Source of the DNA: an uncultured Candidatus Saccharibacteria bacterium | GTDB lineage: Bacteria > Patescibacteriota > Doudnabacteria > UBA920 | DNA length: 64,000 bases | Assembly: GCA_964561085.1 (NCBI GenBank) | Contig: CAZLNP010000001.1 | Coordinates: 10,213-74,212 of the forward strand | Reading direction: 5' to 3' | Part shown: positions 30,834 to 40,677 of the stretch, piece after piece | Numbering within the stretch: position 1 is the first letter of the stretch | Layout of the letters: the number at the start of each line of letters is the position of its first letter | Position numbers and translations under genes: made by a program | The notes under the pieces: generated by a model | The model's input: only the letters and a program-made list of their open reading frames with translations | Database searches by the model: none | Told to the model about the DNA's origin: nothing

Positions 30834-30926
30834 ATTAAATAGGGTTAAGTCCTCAATTGGACTATGCCCTATTTTTTTCTACACCCCATATTGCATTGGC
30901 GCTCAACCGATAAAACATAACCCTCA

Positions 30927-31610
30927 TCAAGACAAGTCTTCTTTTTCTAAATCAAACAGTACTACCTGTTTATGCTCAGGGTCGTAAAACATGTTGCTTG
31001 TCGTGACATCTTTATAATCCGCCAAGGTATCATAAACAAATCCCAGCTTTTCTGCTATTTCTTCTCGCTCTGTGTCGCTTAGGTCTTGGCTTAAGTAGTC
31101 TGCCATAACTGGTAGGTTCTCCCATTTTGCAACGAAGTAATCATTACCTTGGTTATCCGTATAACCTAACTGAGAGTCAATTAGTCGAACATCATTTCTA
31201 TCTCCTATTCGCCTTTGAGCTTCCGCAAAACTGCCCATTGCTTTATGGCCAGTACCGCGTCCTAATTCTTTCCTTACAAAATAAGTTTCACCCAAACTTG
31301 CAACTTTAAAGTTTTGTGACCAATTTCTCTTTTGAAAATATGTTATTGTTAGTCCGTTCTCTTCAACACTTGCTCCTTCAGGTTGAGATTCCAAAGTTTT
31401 AACTAATTTCAATACTTGTTTGATAATGCCAGGGCGTATATCGAGGGAAGCCTTCAATTCTGGTGTGTACGCTAAAGAGCGAGATTCAGTCTCCTTGTTA
31501 ATTAACTTATCCTCGGCATGGTTACTTAAAGAATTACAGGTCTCACAGGTTGAAGGAAAGTTGCCGTGTGGGCACATTCCATTTAGTTGCTCCGATTCTT
31601 TTTCATGCAT
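30927..31610 (-). CDS. Hypothetical protein with N-terminal Cys/His cluster and possible protein-kinase-like / phosphotransferase-like C-terminal region
   Basis: CPHGNFPSTCETC; C-terminal DVTTSNMFYDPEHKQVVLFDLE resembles the kinase-like catalytic-loop/DFG region (weak). Confidence 0.3.
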   Translation of the reverse strand: MHEKESEQLNGMCPHGNFPSTCETCNSLSNHAEDKLINKETESRSLAYTPELKASLDIRPGIIKQVLKLVKTLESQPEGASVEENGLTITYFQKRNWSQNFKVASLGETYFVRKELGRGTGHKAMGSFAEAQRRIGDRNDVRLIDSQLGYTDNQGNDYFVAKWENLPVMADYLSQDLSDTEREEIAEKLGFVYDTLADYKDVTTSNMFYDPEHKQVVLFDLEKEDLS

Positions 31611-31627
31611 ATCATTAAAATTTACTA

Positions 31628-32842
31628 TTACTTGTTATCCACGGCTTCTTTTATTTTACTCGCTAAAATTTGGCTATAACTTCTATTCTTGCCATCAATA
31701 ACTTCATCTTTTCCTATACTAACATCTGATAACTTATCTCCAAAAAAAGTACGGGCGACTTCTAATGCTTTTTGCGCATCTGCCTCAGACGCTCCATGCA
31801 TAACCACCTGATCATTGAGAGTAACACCTTGGTCAATCAAATCCTGGAATATTTTAATATCACCATTGTATCCGCTTTTCTGTAGTTCCTGCATGAAAGC
31901 TTTGAAGTTATCTGGAGCTAAGTCATGTAAATCTTTGACAGCAAAGTATGACTTATAAGTCTCTTGGCTATTATCTTTAACTCCTTCATTTACTCCAAAG
32001 AAAAGCCACGAATTAGCATCCTTAGTGCCTTGTCTAACTCTAATTCCTGGTGCGATTTGCCTATTTTCGGTACTAGCTTGCTGTCTAACTTCGTAGCTGA
32101 ATTTATTAAATTCCGCATCTAACTCTTTATCAGCTGATGCCTTTGCTTCTTTTGCCATCTTTAATACCTCCTCTACTGAAGTGCCCATCCTATTCCACGG
32201 AGCTTTTCTAAGCTGATCATCATCAATCTTTAAAGAATTGTCGATAGCATATTGCATGTAATCCTCACGGGACATTTTTGATAAATCCACTCCATTAGCT
32301 ATTGCTATTTTTGCTAATTCATAACTCGCTGGCCAGCCTACTAATTTTTTCTTATCCTCAGGAGATAATTCAGTTGTTTGAGAAGTTTCTATCTGAGTCT
32401 CAGGCTGAGGGGTTTCAGGGATAGGTATTCCCAACTCCTCACGAATAGAATTTTGTTCATTAAAATCTTGGGCTTTGCTTTCTTCTTTCTTTACTTTTGA
32501 CTCCTCTTTTTTCCAAAGCTGAGCCATTACTTTTTCTTTCCGAAGCTCTTCTTGTTTAGTCTTCTCAGGGTCAGTATACTCAGGGATAGTCCAGATATAC
32601 TCAACTGCTTCAGCGCTCATTCCTTCGTATTGGGGAGGAAGCATAACATCATCACTGTTTTCATTCGGTGACTCAGCTGGCTTTTCTTGATTCAGTCGTT
32701 TTTCTAGTGCATTACGAAAAGATTCTGGTAGACCTTCCATAGTCTTATTAATATCTTCACCGTCTTTTATGCGCTGTGCATACTCTTCAACCTTTTGGTC
32801 TCCAGGTGATAATTGTGGGGATGTCTCAAAATTTCTATCCAT
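31628..32842 (-). CDS. Acidic hypothetical protein (404 aa), Glu/Lys-rich N-terminal half
   Basis: Clean ORF; no recognisable domain. Confidence 0.45.
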   Translation of the reverse strand: MDRNFETSPQLSPGDQKVEEYAQRIKDGEDINKTMEGLPESFRNALEKRLNQEKPAESPNENSDDVMLPPQYEGMSAEAVEYIWTIPEYTDPEKTKQEELRKEKVMAQLWKKEESKVKKEESKAQDFNEQNSIREELGIPIPETPQPETQIETSQTTELSPEDKKKLVGWPASYELAKIAIANGVDLSKMSREDYMQYAIDNSLKIDDDQLRKAPWNRMGTSVEEVLKMAKEAKASADKELDAEFNKFSYEVRQQASTENRQIAPGIRVRQGTKDANSWLFFGVNEGVKDNSQETYKSYFAVKDLHDLAPDNFKAFMQELQKSGYNGDIKIFQDLIDQGVTLNDQVVMHGASEADAQKALEVARTFFGDKLSDVSIGKDEVIDGKNRSYSQILASKIKEAVDNK

Positions 32843-33031
32843 ATTTAATAGCTTAAAAATTTAAACTACCCATAGTATTACACATTTTAGAAAACTTTAT
32901 AATGTCTACCTTATCAATACTGAAATCAAAAACTAGCTACATCATTACAAATGAAAAGTGGCTTAGGTCAACCATTTTTGTTATTATATACTTAAATAGA
33001 CTCCCTTAAAAACCAAACTAAAAATAATTCT

Positions 33032-35377
33032 TTGACCAATCCTATTACTGGGCTATCATCATGGGAAGTTGCTAAAGCCCCCAAGAATATCCCCCCTCAT
33101 CATTTCACTTCTATGGAATTGGCGTTGCAAGTTGCAAAGAACCAGATCTTATCTTTTTTCTTTATCTTACTGCTTATTTCGGGGGGGTTATCTGCACTCC
33201 TTCATGAACAGATTGATTCAATTGTTTTCTTCGCTATTGCTGGTATCAATGCCGTATTAGGTTTTATCCAAGAATTCAGAGCTAATCGCAGCGCACAATT
33301 ATTGGAAAAAATGGTTGCCCATTATGTGACCGTAAGAAGAAATAGTAAAATAAAAAAAATTCCCAACATTGAATTGGTGCTAGGAGATATTGTACTGCTA
33401 AATCCTGGAGATATACTGGCCGTTGATGCTCAAGTGATTTCATCAGTTGATGCTTTTTTAGATGAATCTATGATTACGGGAGAATCACTTCCTCGTTTAG
33501 TAAATTCTAAGGAAAAAATTGGTGCGGGTGTAACAGTAGTATCGGGCAGTTTGACGGTAGAAGTAACAGCAGTAGGAAAAGATAACTCTCTAAGTCAGTA
33601 TGCGGAAAAGGTTGTAAAGTTAGAGAAAAACAGTAATTTTGAAAAGTTTATACATACCATAAGTAAAACTATACTACTAGTAACTACATTTTGCTTACTG
33701 ATTGTTTTGGTTGTTAATGTTTTGGCAACACATGGAATGGGAATTTCAGAATACATTTTATTTAGCATTTCCATGCTCATTGGGGTTGTCCCAGAATCAT
33801 TACCTCTGATAGTCACTTTAATTTTTACAAGCGAAGCGATAGCACTTTCAAAACAGCAAGTCCTAATTAAGAAGTTGTCAGCTTTGCAAAATCTAGGCTC
33901 AATGAATTATTTATTCACTGATAAAACAGGGACAATTACAGAGAATATATTGCGAGTTAAAGAGATTGTGGCTATCGATGACTCTTTGGCAAAAAATTTA
34001 ATGATAATCTCTAGCGGTAATTACGAACGAATGCCTATGGATGAAGTGTTCGATCAAGCCTTAAGGCAATATTTCGTTGCCAACAACTTACAGACTGATC
34101 GTAAAAATTCTGGCTTAGAATTAGGTTTTGAAGCCTATCAGGTATCCCGAGGGTACGCCATTCATCTCCTCCCGAATGGTGATGCAATTTTCCGAGGACA
34201 ATACGATGAGGTAATGAAGGCGTGTATTAAAACCCCTCGTCACATCGAGAAAAAGTGCCAGGAATATGAAACTCAAGGCTTGCGTGTAATAGCTATGGCT
34301 TACAGAAATAAAGATGGTATTCACATGCAAGGAATAGTGGTTTTTGAAGATCCCCTTAAGCCTGACGCAATATCGATATATAAAACTCTATCTAAATTGG
34401 GCATTGATATGAAAATAATTACCGGTGATACTATTGAAGTAGCGAGGTATATTGGGAATATCCTTAAACCTGCGAAAAATGAAAACTATGCCTTTGGCAT
34501 GAACGAATTAAAAAACACTCCTAGCCATAAATTAGACAACTACTTTATCTATGCCAAATGTAAACCTGAGCAAAAATCTTTATTGATAGATAATCATGAA
34601 TCGCGAGGTGTTGTCGGTTTCTTAGGGGAAGGAGTCAATGACGCCATGGCATTAAAACGAGCTGATATTGGCTTTGTAGTAAATAATGCGAGTGATATTG
34701 CTCGACAGGCAGGTGATGTTATTTTACTTGAAAAAAGTCTACACCCTATCATTAACGTTGTGATGCTGAGCCGTCGAGCATTCATCAAAGTCCGTACCTA
34801 TCTATTATGCACACTGACTGGAAACATAGGCACTCTTATTTCTTTGACTACAGTAGTAGTAATCTCTCAACAAATCCCTCTCTTACCGATTCAAATTTTA
34901 CTTAATAATCTACTAACTGATTTACCTCTTTTGTTTTTGTTGTCAGATAGAATCTCTGAAAATTCACTGCAACATCCTGTGAAAGACGAGATCAAAAAGT
35001 TCTTCAAAATTATCATTATCTTTGCTGCAATAAGCTCTGTTTTTGACTTTCTGTTTTTCTTTCTATTCCGTCAATTCGATATATCCGTATTACGCACTGG
35101 ATGGTTTGTGTTTAGTGTATTGGCAGAGCTAACTTTGGTTGTTTCATTGCGGTCAGAACTTTCAATTTTTAAAGCACCCCGAATTTCTACATTACTAACA
35201 ATTGCATTGGTATCGTGTTTGGCAATAGCAATAGCATTGCCTTATCTTCCCATAAAAACTATTTTCTCTTTTGTGCCACTCACAAGCCCCCAGCTAATGA
35301 TATTAGCTGGACTTACATTAGTATATCTTGGGGCTAATGAAGTGGCTAAACACATCTTTCGACGTCATCTCTTCTAA
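33032..35377 (+). CDS. Cation-transporting P-type ATPase (P2-like, Ca/Mg type) with abbreviated N-terminal domain; annotated TTG start
   Basis: DKTGTITEN phosphorylation motif, ITGES actuator motif, TGDTIEVA, GEGVNDAMALKRADIG. Confidence 0.85.
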   Translation: MTNPITGLSSWEVAKAPKNIPPHHFTSMELALQVAKNQILSFFFILLLISGGLSALLHEQIDSIVFFAIAGINAVLGFIQEFRANRSAQLLEKMVAHYVTVRRNSKIKKIPNIELVLGDIVLLNPGDILAVDAQVISSVDAFLDESMITGESLPRLVNSKEKIGAGVTVVSGSLTVEVTAVGKDNSLSQYAEKVVKLEKNSNFEKFIHTISKTILLVTTFCLLIVLVVNVLATHGMGISEYILFSISMLIGVVPESLPLIVTLIFTSEAIALSKQQVLIKKLSALQNLGSMNYLFTDKTGTITENILRVKEIVAIDDSLAKNLMIISSGNYERMPMDEVFDQALRQYFVANNLQTDRKNSGLELGFEAYQVSRGYAIHLLPNGDAIFRGQYDEVMKACIKTPRHIEKKCQEYETQGLRVIAMAYRNKDGIHMQGIVVFEDPLKPDAISIYKTLSKLGIDMKIITGDTIEVARYIGNILKPAKNENYAFGMNELKNTPSHKLDNYFIYAKCKPEQKSLLIDNHESRGVVGFLGEGVNDAMALKRADIGFVVNNASDIARQAGDVILLEKSLHPIINVVMLSRRAFIKVRTYLLCTLTGNIGTLISLTTVVVISQQIPLLPIQILLNNLLTDLPLLFLLSDRISENSLQHPVKDEIKKFFKIIIIFAAISSVFDFLFFFLFRQFDISVLRTGWFVFSVLAELTLVVSLRSELSIFKAPRISTLLTIALVSCLAIAIALPYLPIKTIFSFVPLTSPQLMILAGLTLVYLGANEVAKHIFRRHLF

Positions 35378-35681
35378 ATGAATCTCGATAATTGCTGAAG
35401 TTAACACTAAACCTCTTTTAAGATTAACTGTAAGTTCTGGAAGTAGTTCAATTTTCATGATCCCCGACAGCAAAGTCAACATAGACAGCATTTTACTAGA
35501 CCGAGTACATACTAAGCAGAAACCAACAACCCTTCCCTCTCCAACATCTTGTAGCAAGTATCAAAGTTGGCTACCTGTATTGGCTTCAGAATATGCACTA
35601 GATTCTTAAAATACTTGAGCATTGGGGTCTTCAGCCCACCAATAAAACACCCGACTGGGTGTTTTATGTTAATATTTAAAT

Positions 35682-36611
35682 ATGAAATTAGAAACTTTTA
35701 ATAATTTTTTAGACTACGAATTACTAGATACTGGTAACGGCAACCGCCTTGAACAATGGGGCAACATCCGGTTAAAGCGTCCTGACCCTCAAATAATTTG
35801 GAAGTCTAGCTTACCTTCCCGCGAATGGGATGCTGCCAACGCAGATTTCATTGGTGCCGGAGAAAGAGGTCGTTGGATGAAAAAATCTACCATCCCTGCA
35901 AAGTGGGATGTATATTTTCGTCCTGATGTAAAACTAGTTGCTAAACTTACACCTTTTAAACACACTGGTATTTTTGCAGAGCAGGCAGGCAACTGGGAAT
36001 GGATGTCTGAAATTGTGGGACAAGCTAATAACACGGCTGGTGGGCCTTTAAAAATTCTAAATTTATTCGCCTACACTGGTGGTGCTACGATGGTACTCAC
36101 TCGCCTTGGTCATAAGGTCACTCATGTTGATGCTAGCAAACCCGCAATTGCTTGGGCCAAAGAAAATCAATTTGCAAACAAGTTCGCTCCAGACAGCATC
36201 CGCTGGATTTTAGACGACGCGGTGAAGTTTGTTCAACGCGAATTGAATCGCGGCGAAAAATATGACGGGATCATTATGGATCCTCCAGCGTTCGGACACT
36301 CCCCTTCAGGAAAGACCTGGAAGTTTAACCGTGACTTACCAAATTTATTAGAGCAAAGTGTGCAGCTACTTTCAGACAACGCGAAGTTTTTGTTAATCAA
36401 CGGGTACGCAACAAACTCTTCTGCCATCTCTCTAGGAAATATTTTAGAAGATACTATTTCAGCCAGACCTGAATTGGGTGGTTCAGTAGAGTTCGGGGAA
36501 CTTTGTCTAAAACATAAGATTGGAAATAAAAAATCCGCCTCATCTAAAAATGACGAAGCGGACGATGGCCGAATGATATCAACCGGAATTTTTGCCAGGT
36601 GGCAAAACTAA
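35682..36611 (+). CDS. Class I SAM-dependent RNA methyltransferase (RlmI/RlmK-like)
   Basis: Motif I LNLFAYTGGATM, DAS..., motif IV DPPAFG. Confidence 0.7.
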   Translation: MKLETFNNFLDYELLDTGNGNRLEQWGNIRLKRPDPQIIWKSSLPSREWDAANADFIGAGERGRWMKKSTIPAKWDVYFRPDVKLVAKLTPFKHTGIFAEQAGNWEWMSEIVGQANNTAGGPLKILNLFAYTGGATMVLTRLGHKVTHVDASKPAIAWAKENQFANKFAPDSIRWILDDAVKFVQRELNRGEKYDGIIMDPPAFGHSPSGKTWKFNRDLPNLLEQSVQLLSDNAKFLLINGYATNSSAISLGNILEDTISARPELGGSVEFGELCLKHKIGNKKSASSKNDEADDGRMISTGIFARWQN

Positions 36612-36629
36612 GATTTAGTGAAATTTTCG

Positions 36630-37232
36630 TTAGCTAACCCTGACTACTGCCTCATTATTAGAATGCAGCTTCCTATAATACAGGGCGCTTCTTACATCTT
36701 CAAAGAACTGAGATAGTTTAGACTCCTCATAGTCCTGGTAACCATACTCTGTGGCCCATATGCGGTAAACTTCTCCGCCTGACTGTCGATACCTAATCCA
36801 CAGATAGACAGAATTATTTCTCCAGAGAGGGCCTCGACCAAATGCGATGGAAAACCTAGAAACTATGTCTCCGTAGAGATCATATTCAGTTTCGGCCTTT
36901 CCAGAGTCCAATGACAAACCTGCTTTCTTTCCCAACTCGGCGATAAACTGCTGAGTAGATTTTTTAGCCTCTTCCAAACTCTCCTTCCGCATTTCAAGAA
37001 GATCTTCGGATCGCTCAGTTGAGAGCGACTTATCTACGCCATCCAATTCCCTCTTGTTCAGAAAATACTGACTGAGGTCTGTGTCACCTGATTTCCTCTT
37101 ACAGGAAAAATACAACAAATAAAGAAACAGTATAACAGGCGAGAGCAAGAAAACTACTACAAAAACAAAGATCACAATGTCAGATCCACTTGGCATGATT
37201 TTTCCTCCGTTCCTAACAAATTCAACGTGCAA
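36630..37232 (-). CDS. Hypothetical membrane-anchored protein
   Basis: N-terminal TM then soluble domain; start probably internal (MPSGSD). Confidence 0.4.
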   Translation of the reverse strand: MHVEFVRNGGKIMPSGSDIVIFVFVVVFLLSPVILFLYLLYFSCKRKSGDTDLSQYFLNKRELDGVDKSLSTERSEDLLEMRKESLEEAKKSTQQFIAELGKKAGLSLDSGKAETEYDLYGDIVSRFSIAFGRGPLWRNNSVYLWIRYRQSGGEVYRIWATEYGYQDYEESKLSQFFEDVRSALYYRKLHSNNEAVVRVS

Positions 37233-37282
37233 ATTCTAGCGTATAAAATAAATTATACGCTATTTTTAAACGCTGTAAAATT

Positions 37283-40200
37283 TTACATAGGCAAATTATC
37301 GGGTGTGCTTGGTCTATAGTCAGGCAACTTCCCTGGCATCGTAGAAACTGGCTGTTGCACCAAAGGCAACTCATCTTGTGGTGGATCAATGGAGATGGCT
37401 TCACCATCGAAGTCACCATCATTTTTATCAGTAGAAGATTTCTTGTTGCGAGTTAACCAACTGTAAAGTACAGGAGTGGTAAACAAGGACAGAATACCTG
37501 AGCTTAAAATACCAAAGATAACTACAATAGCTAGTCCACGCCAGAATGGTGAGAACACAGCTAGAGGTAGAAGTCCTGCCAAAGCAGTAATCTTAGTTAA
37601 CAGAATTGGGCGGAAACGGATACCAGAAGCAATCGCAATCGCCTCTTTTTTATCCATACCTTCTTTTACTTTACGGTTCGCATAGTCAATCAAGAAAATA
37701 CCTACGTTCTCGGCAATACCAATTACCATGATGATTCCGATTGTTTCCAAGAAACCAAACTGTCCACCAGCGAAGAATGCCAATGCTGGAAATACTCCAA
37801 TGAAGATCAATGGAACTGCGAACAAGATAATTAATGGTTGTACAAATGAACGGAAGAAGATTACGAATACAACGTAAGTTACCAAAATAGATAATGCAAT
37901 TGCTAAGAATAATTCTTGGAAAGATTTTTCGAATTCATTTACACCAACACGGTCTTCGAAAGCACGATCAGAAACTCCCAAAGTAGCAGTATTAGCTTTT
38001 GACCAATCTGTAATCTGGCGTTGGATGTTAATTGCATCACGGCTATCGTTTAAACGAGCGCTTACTTGAGCATAGCGTTCACCTTGAGCACGGCGAATAG
38101 ATCCAGGAACTGCAGACTCAACTACAGTAGCGATGTCCCCGACCACAACTGGCCCGTTTGTTCCAAAAACAACCAAAGATTGTATTGCTTCAACGGTATT
38201 TGGTTTTGTATCTGCAGCCACACGAAGTACTACATCACGTTCATCAATTCTGAATAAAGTCTTTTCACCTAGTAAAGCAGAGATTTGGCCATAGACTGCC
38301 GGGCCGCTAGTTCCTGCCGCAGTAGCTTTTTCCTGATTAACAGATACAACTAATTCATTACTTGTCTGATCGCTATCTGTAATCACACCAGCGACTTCAT
38401 CATAGCTACGTAATTGATCAGAAATTTTCTGCGTTGCAATTTTTAACTTAGCAGGGTCATTTTCGAAAATCTTTACAGTTACAGGATAAGCTGCTTCTGG
38501 TGGTCCTGCACCAAATTCTTGGGCAAGCGCACGTTCATCAAACTTTTCTTGCAATTGTTCTTGTAAACGCTCTGCAATTTCTGGGCTCTTCTTTTCACGA
38601 TCAGCAGCATCTTTAAGAGTGATGAACACTGTCATAGAATCGCTTGAACCACTACCGCTTAAATCTTGGTAGAAGAAGTTTTCAATTTCTGTAATATGAT
38701 CTTTTAGAATAGTCTCAACTCCTGCTGTCTGAATTTCTAACTGAGCTTTAGTTTGGTTAGCAGGGCGAGGTACAGAGATTTGCAAGAAGTCTACATCGTC
38801 AGGACTTGCGAATTGTACTTGGCGAACTTGTCCACCAGCAAACAACATAGCAGCCACGCCAATTGGCACAGCTAAACCAAGAACGATTACAGTAATCTGT
38901 AACCAAACATGCTTTAAGATGTAACGGTTAGTGTTAATAAACCAACGCGCAACTGGCCACAAAGTGTGAACGTCATCTTCATCATGAAGAGTACCCTTTG
39001 CGTCGGCCTTCAGGAACTTTGATGCCAACCAAGTTAAGAAAATTAGAGGTACAAAGTATGAAGCGATTAACGCTGGGAATACTGTTAATGGAATGTACTT
39101 AATAATCTGGCCAAAAGTTCCAGAAACTAGACTGAATGGAATAAATACAATTAAAGAAGTCAGTACGGCAATGAACAGGCCTAGACCGATTACATCAATT
39201 GAACGAAGTACGGCCGCTTTACCCTTTAGACCAATTTCCATGTAGCGCTTAATTGATTCGAGCACCACAATAGATGGATCTACAATTAACCCAATGACCA
39301 AGATGAAGGAGAACAGCACCAAAGTGTTCATTTGAATTCCTAATAGGGCTAGAACGATGAAAGTAACTAAGAAAGAAAGTGGAATAGATAGAGCAGAGAT
39401 TAACGCACTGCGCCAATCTAAGAACAAAAGCATCCCAATAATTAGTAGCCAAATACCGCCGAAGATGTAGCCTAAGTATCCAACTGGACCTTCAACATCC
39501 CACTTGGATCCGACAGCTGCTTCTACAATTTCATCTACTTGATGCTGAGCGTCAGTTGCTTGACTGTAAACAATTGCGAAATCTGTTTTACCGTCAGAAG
39601 CTTTTGTTTCTTCAACTACCTTAGAAACTTCTTCACCAGTAGCGATTAAGTCAGCAGTCAGGTCGATTCGTACTTCGTAAAGTAACGCAGGTTGAATTTT
39701 AAATTTGTTATCGGCTTCGTCTAAGTAACCAACGCGGTGTACTTTTGCGCCATCATCAAAACCAATGTAAACAGAAGCAATGTCTGCAAGTTTTACTGTA
39801 CGAGAAGGTATTTCAGGTCCTTGAGCAGGAACAGAAATAGAAAGGTTGCGAACATCTTCTAGGTTTTTCAATGTCGCTGCACCTGAAATTGGAATTTCTT
39901 TTCCATTAATAACACTCTCCCCTAACGGGAATCCAATATTAGCACTTTCAATTTGAGAAGTAATTGCCGGCAACTGGTACTGTGGAGGCAACTCAATGTA
40001 AATCTTTTCTGAAACACCACTAATGTCTGTGAAACTTTTTACGCCATCTACTTGAAGGATCTTTTCTTCCAATTCAGCAGCTTGAGCCTTTAGTTCAATA
40101 AGAGTTTTTGGACCAGCAACAGCAACGAAGAAAGGCGCACCAGATGTGTCTGGTACTACAATGTTTGGATCATTAATTCCATCTGGTAAATCTACAGATG

Positions 40201-40597
40201 CTAATTTTGTACGAGCATCTTGGATAGCGATGTTTACATCTACGCTATCGTCAAAGCTTACAACAATAAGTGATACGTTTGTCTGGGATGTAGAAGTTAC
40301 CTCTTTAACACCTTTTAAATCGCGAAGGGCATTTTCGATCGGTACAGTTACAGTGTTATTGATAGTTTCTGGGCCAGCACCTGGAACAACTGTTGTTACA
40401 ACAGCGATTGGTACAGTGATTGCTGGGAAACCTTCCACGCGAAGTTGGAAAAAGCTACCAGTTCCTACAATAACGATAATTGCTAAAAGCATCGCAGTTA
40501 GCTGCTTTTGATTCAAGAAGAAATTTACTATCCTTGCAGTAGTGCCTAGCTTCTCATTCGGCTTTGGGGCATATTCTTGCCCAATGTTTTCAGTCAT
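37283..40597 (-). CDS. RND-superfamily exporter permease (AcrB/HAE-like), 12 TM with two large extracytoplasmic loops and a C-terminal Pro-rich tail
   Basis: 1104 aa; internal duplication with large loops after TM1 and TM7; no adjacent membrane-fusion or outer-membrane partner. Confidence 0.75.
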   Translation of the reverse strand: MTENIGQEYAPKPNEKLGTTARIVNFFLNQKQLTAMLLAIIVIVGTGSFFQLRVEGFPAITVPIAVVTTVVPGAGPETINNTVTVPIENALRDLKGVKEVTSTSQTNVSLIVVSFDDSVDVNIAIQDARTKLASVDLPDGINDPNIVVPDTSGAPFFVAVAGPKTLIELKAQAAELEEKILQVDGVKSFTDISGVSEKIYIELPPQYQLPAITSQIESANIGFPLGESVINGKEIPISGAATLKNLEDVRNLSISVPAQGPEIPSRTVKLADIASVYIGFDDGAKVHRVGYLDEADNKFKIQPALLYEVRIDLTADLIATGEEVSKVVEETKASDGKTDFAIVYSQATDAQHQVDEIVEAAVGSKWDVEGPVGYLGYIFGGIWLLIIGMLLFLDWRSALISALSIPLSFLVTFIVLALLGIQMNTLVLFSFILVIGLIVDPSIVVLESIKRYMEIGLKGKAAVLRSIDVIGLGLFIAVLTSLIVFIPFSLVSGTFGQIIKYIPLTVFPALIASYFVPLIFLTWLASKFLKADAKGTLHDEDDVHTLWPVARWFINTNRYILKHVWLQITVIVLGLAVPIGVAAMLFAGGQVRQVQFASPDDVDFLQISVPRPANQTKAQLEIQTAGVETILKDHITEIENFFYQDLSGSGSSDSMTVFITLKDAADREKKSPEIAERLQEQLQEKFDERALAQEFGAGPPEAAYPVTVKIFENDPAKLKIATQKISDQLRSYDEVAGVITDSDQTSNELVVSVNQEKATAAGTSGPAVYGQISALLGEKTLFRIDERDVVLRVAADTKPNTVEAIQSLVVFGTNGPVVVGDIATVVESAVPGSIRRAQGERYAQVSARLNDSRDAINIQRQITDWSKANTATLGVSDRAFEDRVGVNEFEKSFQELFLAIALSILVTYVVFVIFFRSFVQPLIILFAVPLIFIGVFPALAFFAGGQFGFLETIGIIMVIGIAENVGIFLIDYANRKVKEGMDKKEAIAIASGIRFRPILLTKITALAGLLPLAVFSPFWRGLAIVVIFGILSSGILSLFTTPVLYSWLTRNKKSSTDKNDGDFDGEAISIDPPQDELPLVQQPVSTMPGKLPDYRPSTPDNLPM

Positions 40598-40677
40598 ATT
40601 GTTAAATAATTGATTACTAAAAAAGCCCTTAACTATAACAAGTTAGGGGCTTTTTGTCAAGTTTATGATTTATCAGT

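Larger units (their letters stand above)
24452..32900. mobile_element. Integrated mobile genetic element (serine-recombinase-borne, plasmid/satellite-like) inserted immediately 3' of tRNA-Lys; right boundary approximate
   Basis: tRNA followed by a large serine recombinase, P4/D5-type helicase-primase-like protein, small DNA-binding proteins and orphan cargo genes; flanked by housekeeping genes. Confidence 0.7.

Noticed and set aside
24452-33031. Long direct repeat of the tRNA-Lys 3' end marking the distal island boundary (attR)
   Set aside because: No such repeat was found by eye in the intergenic regions at 32843-33031 or 35378-35681. This fits serine-recombinase elements, which use short crossover sites, so the right boundary is left approximate.
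33032-33112. 5' truncation of the P-type ATPase by the island insertion
   Set aside because: The N-terminus (GLSSWEVAKAPKNIPP) still resembles the cation_ATPase_N motif and TM1 follows in register. The gene appears intact with a short N-terminal domain and a TTG or internal ATG start.
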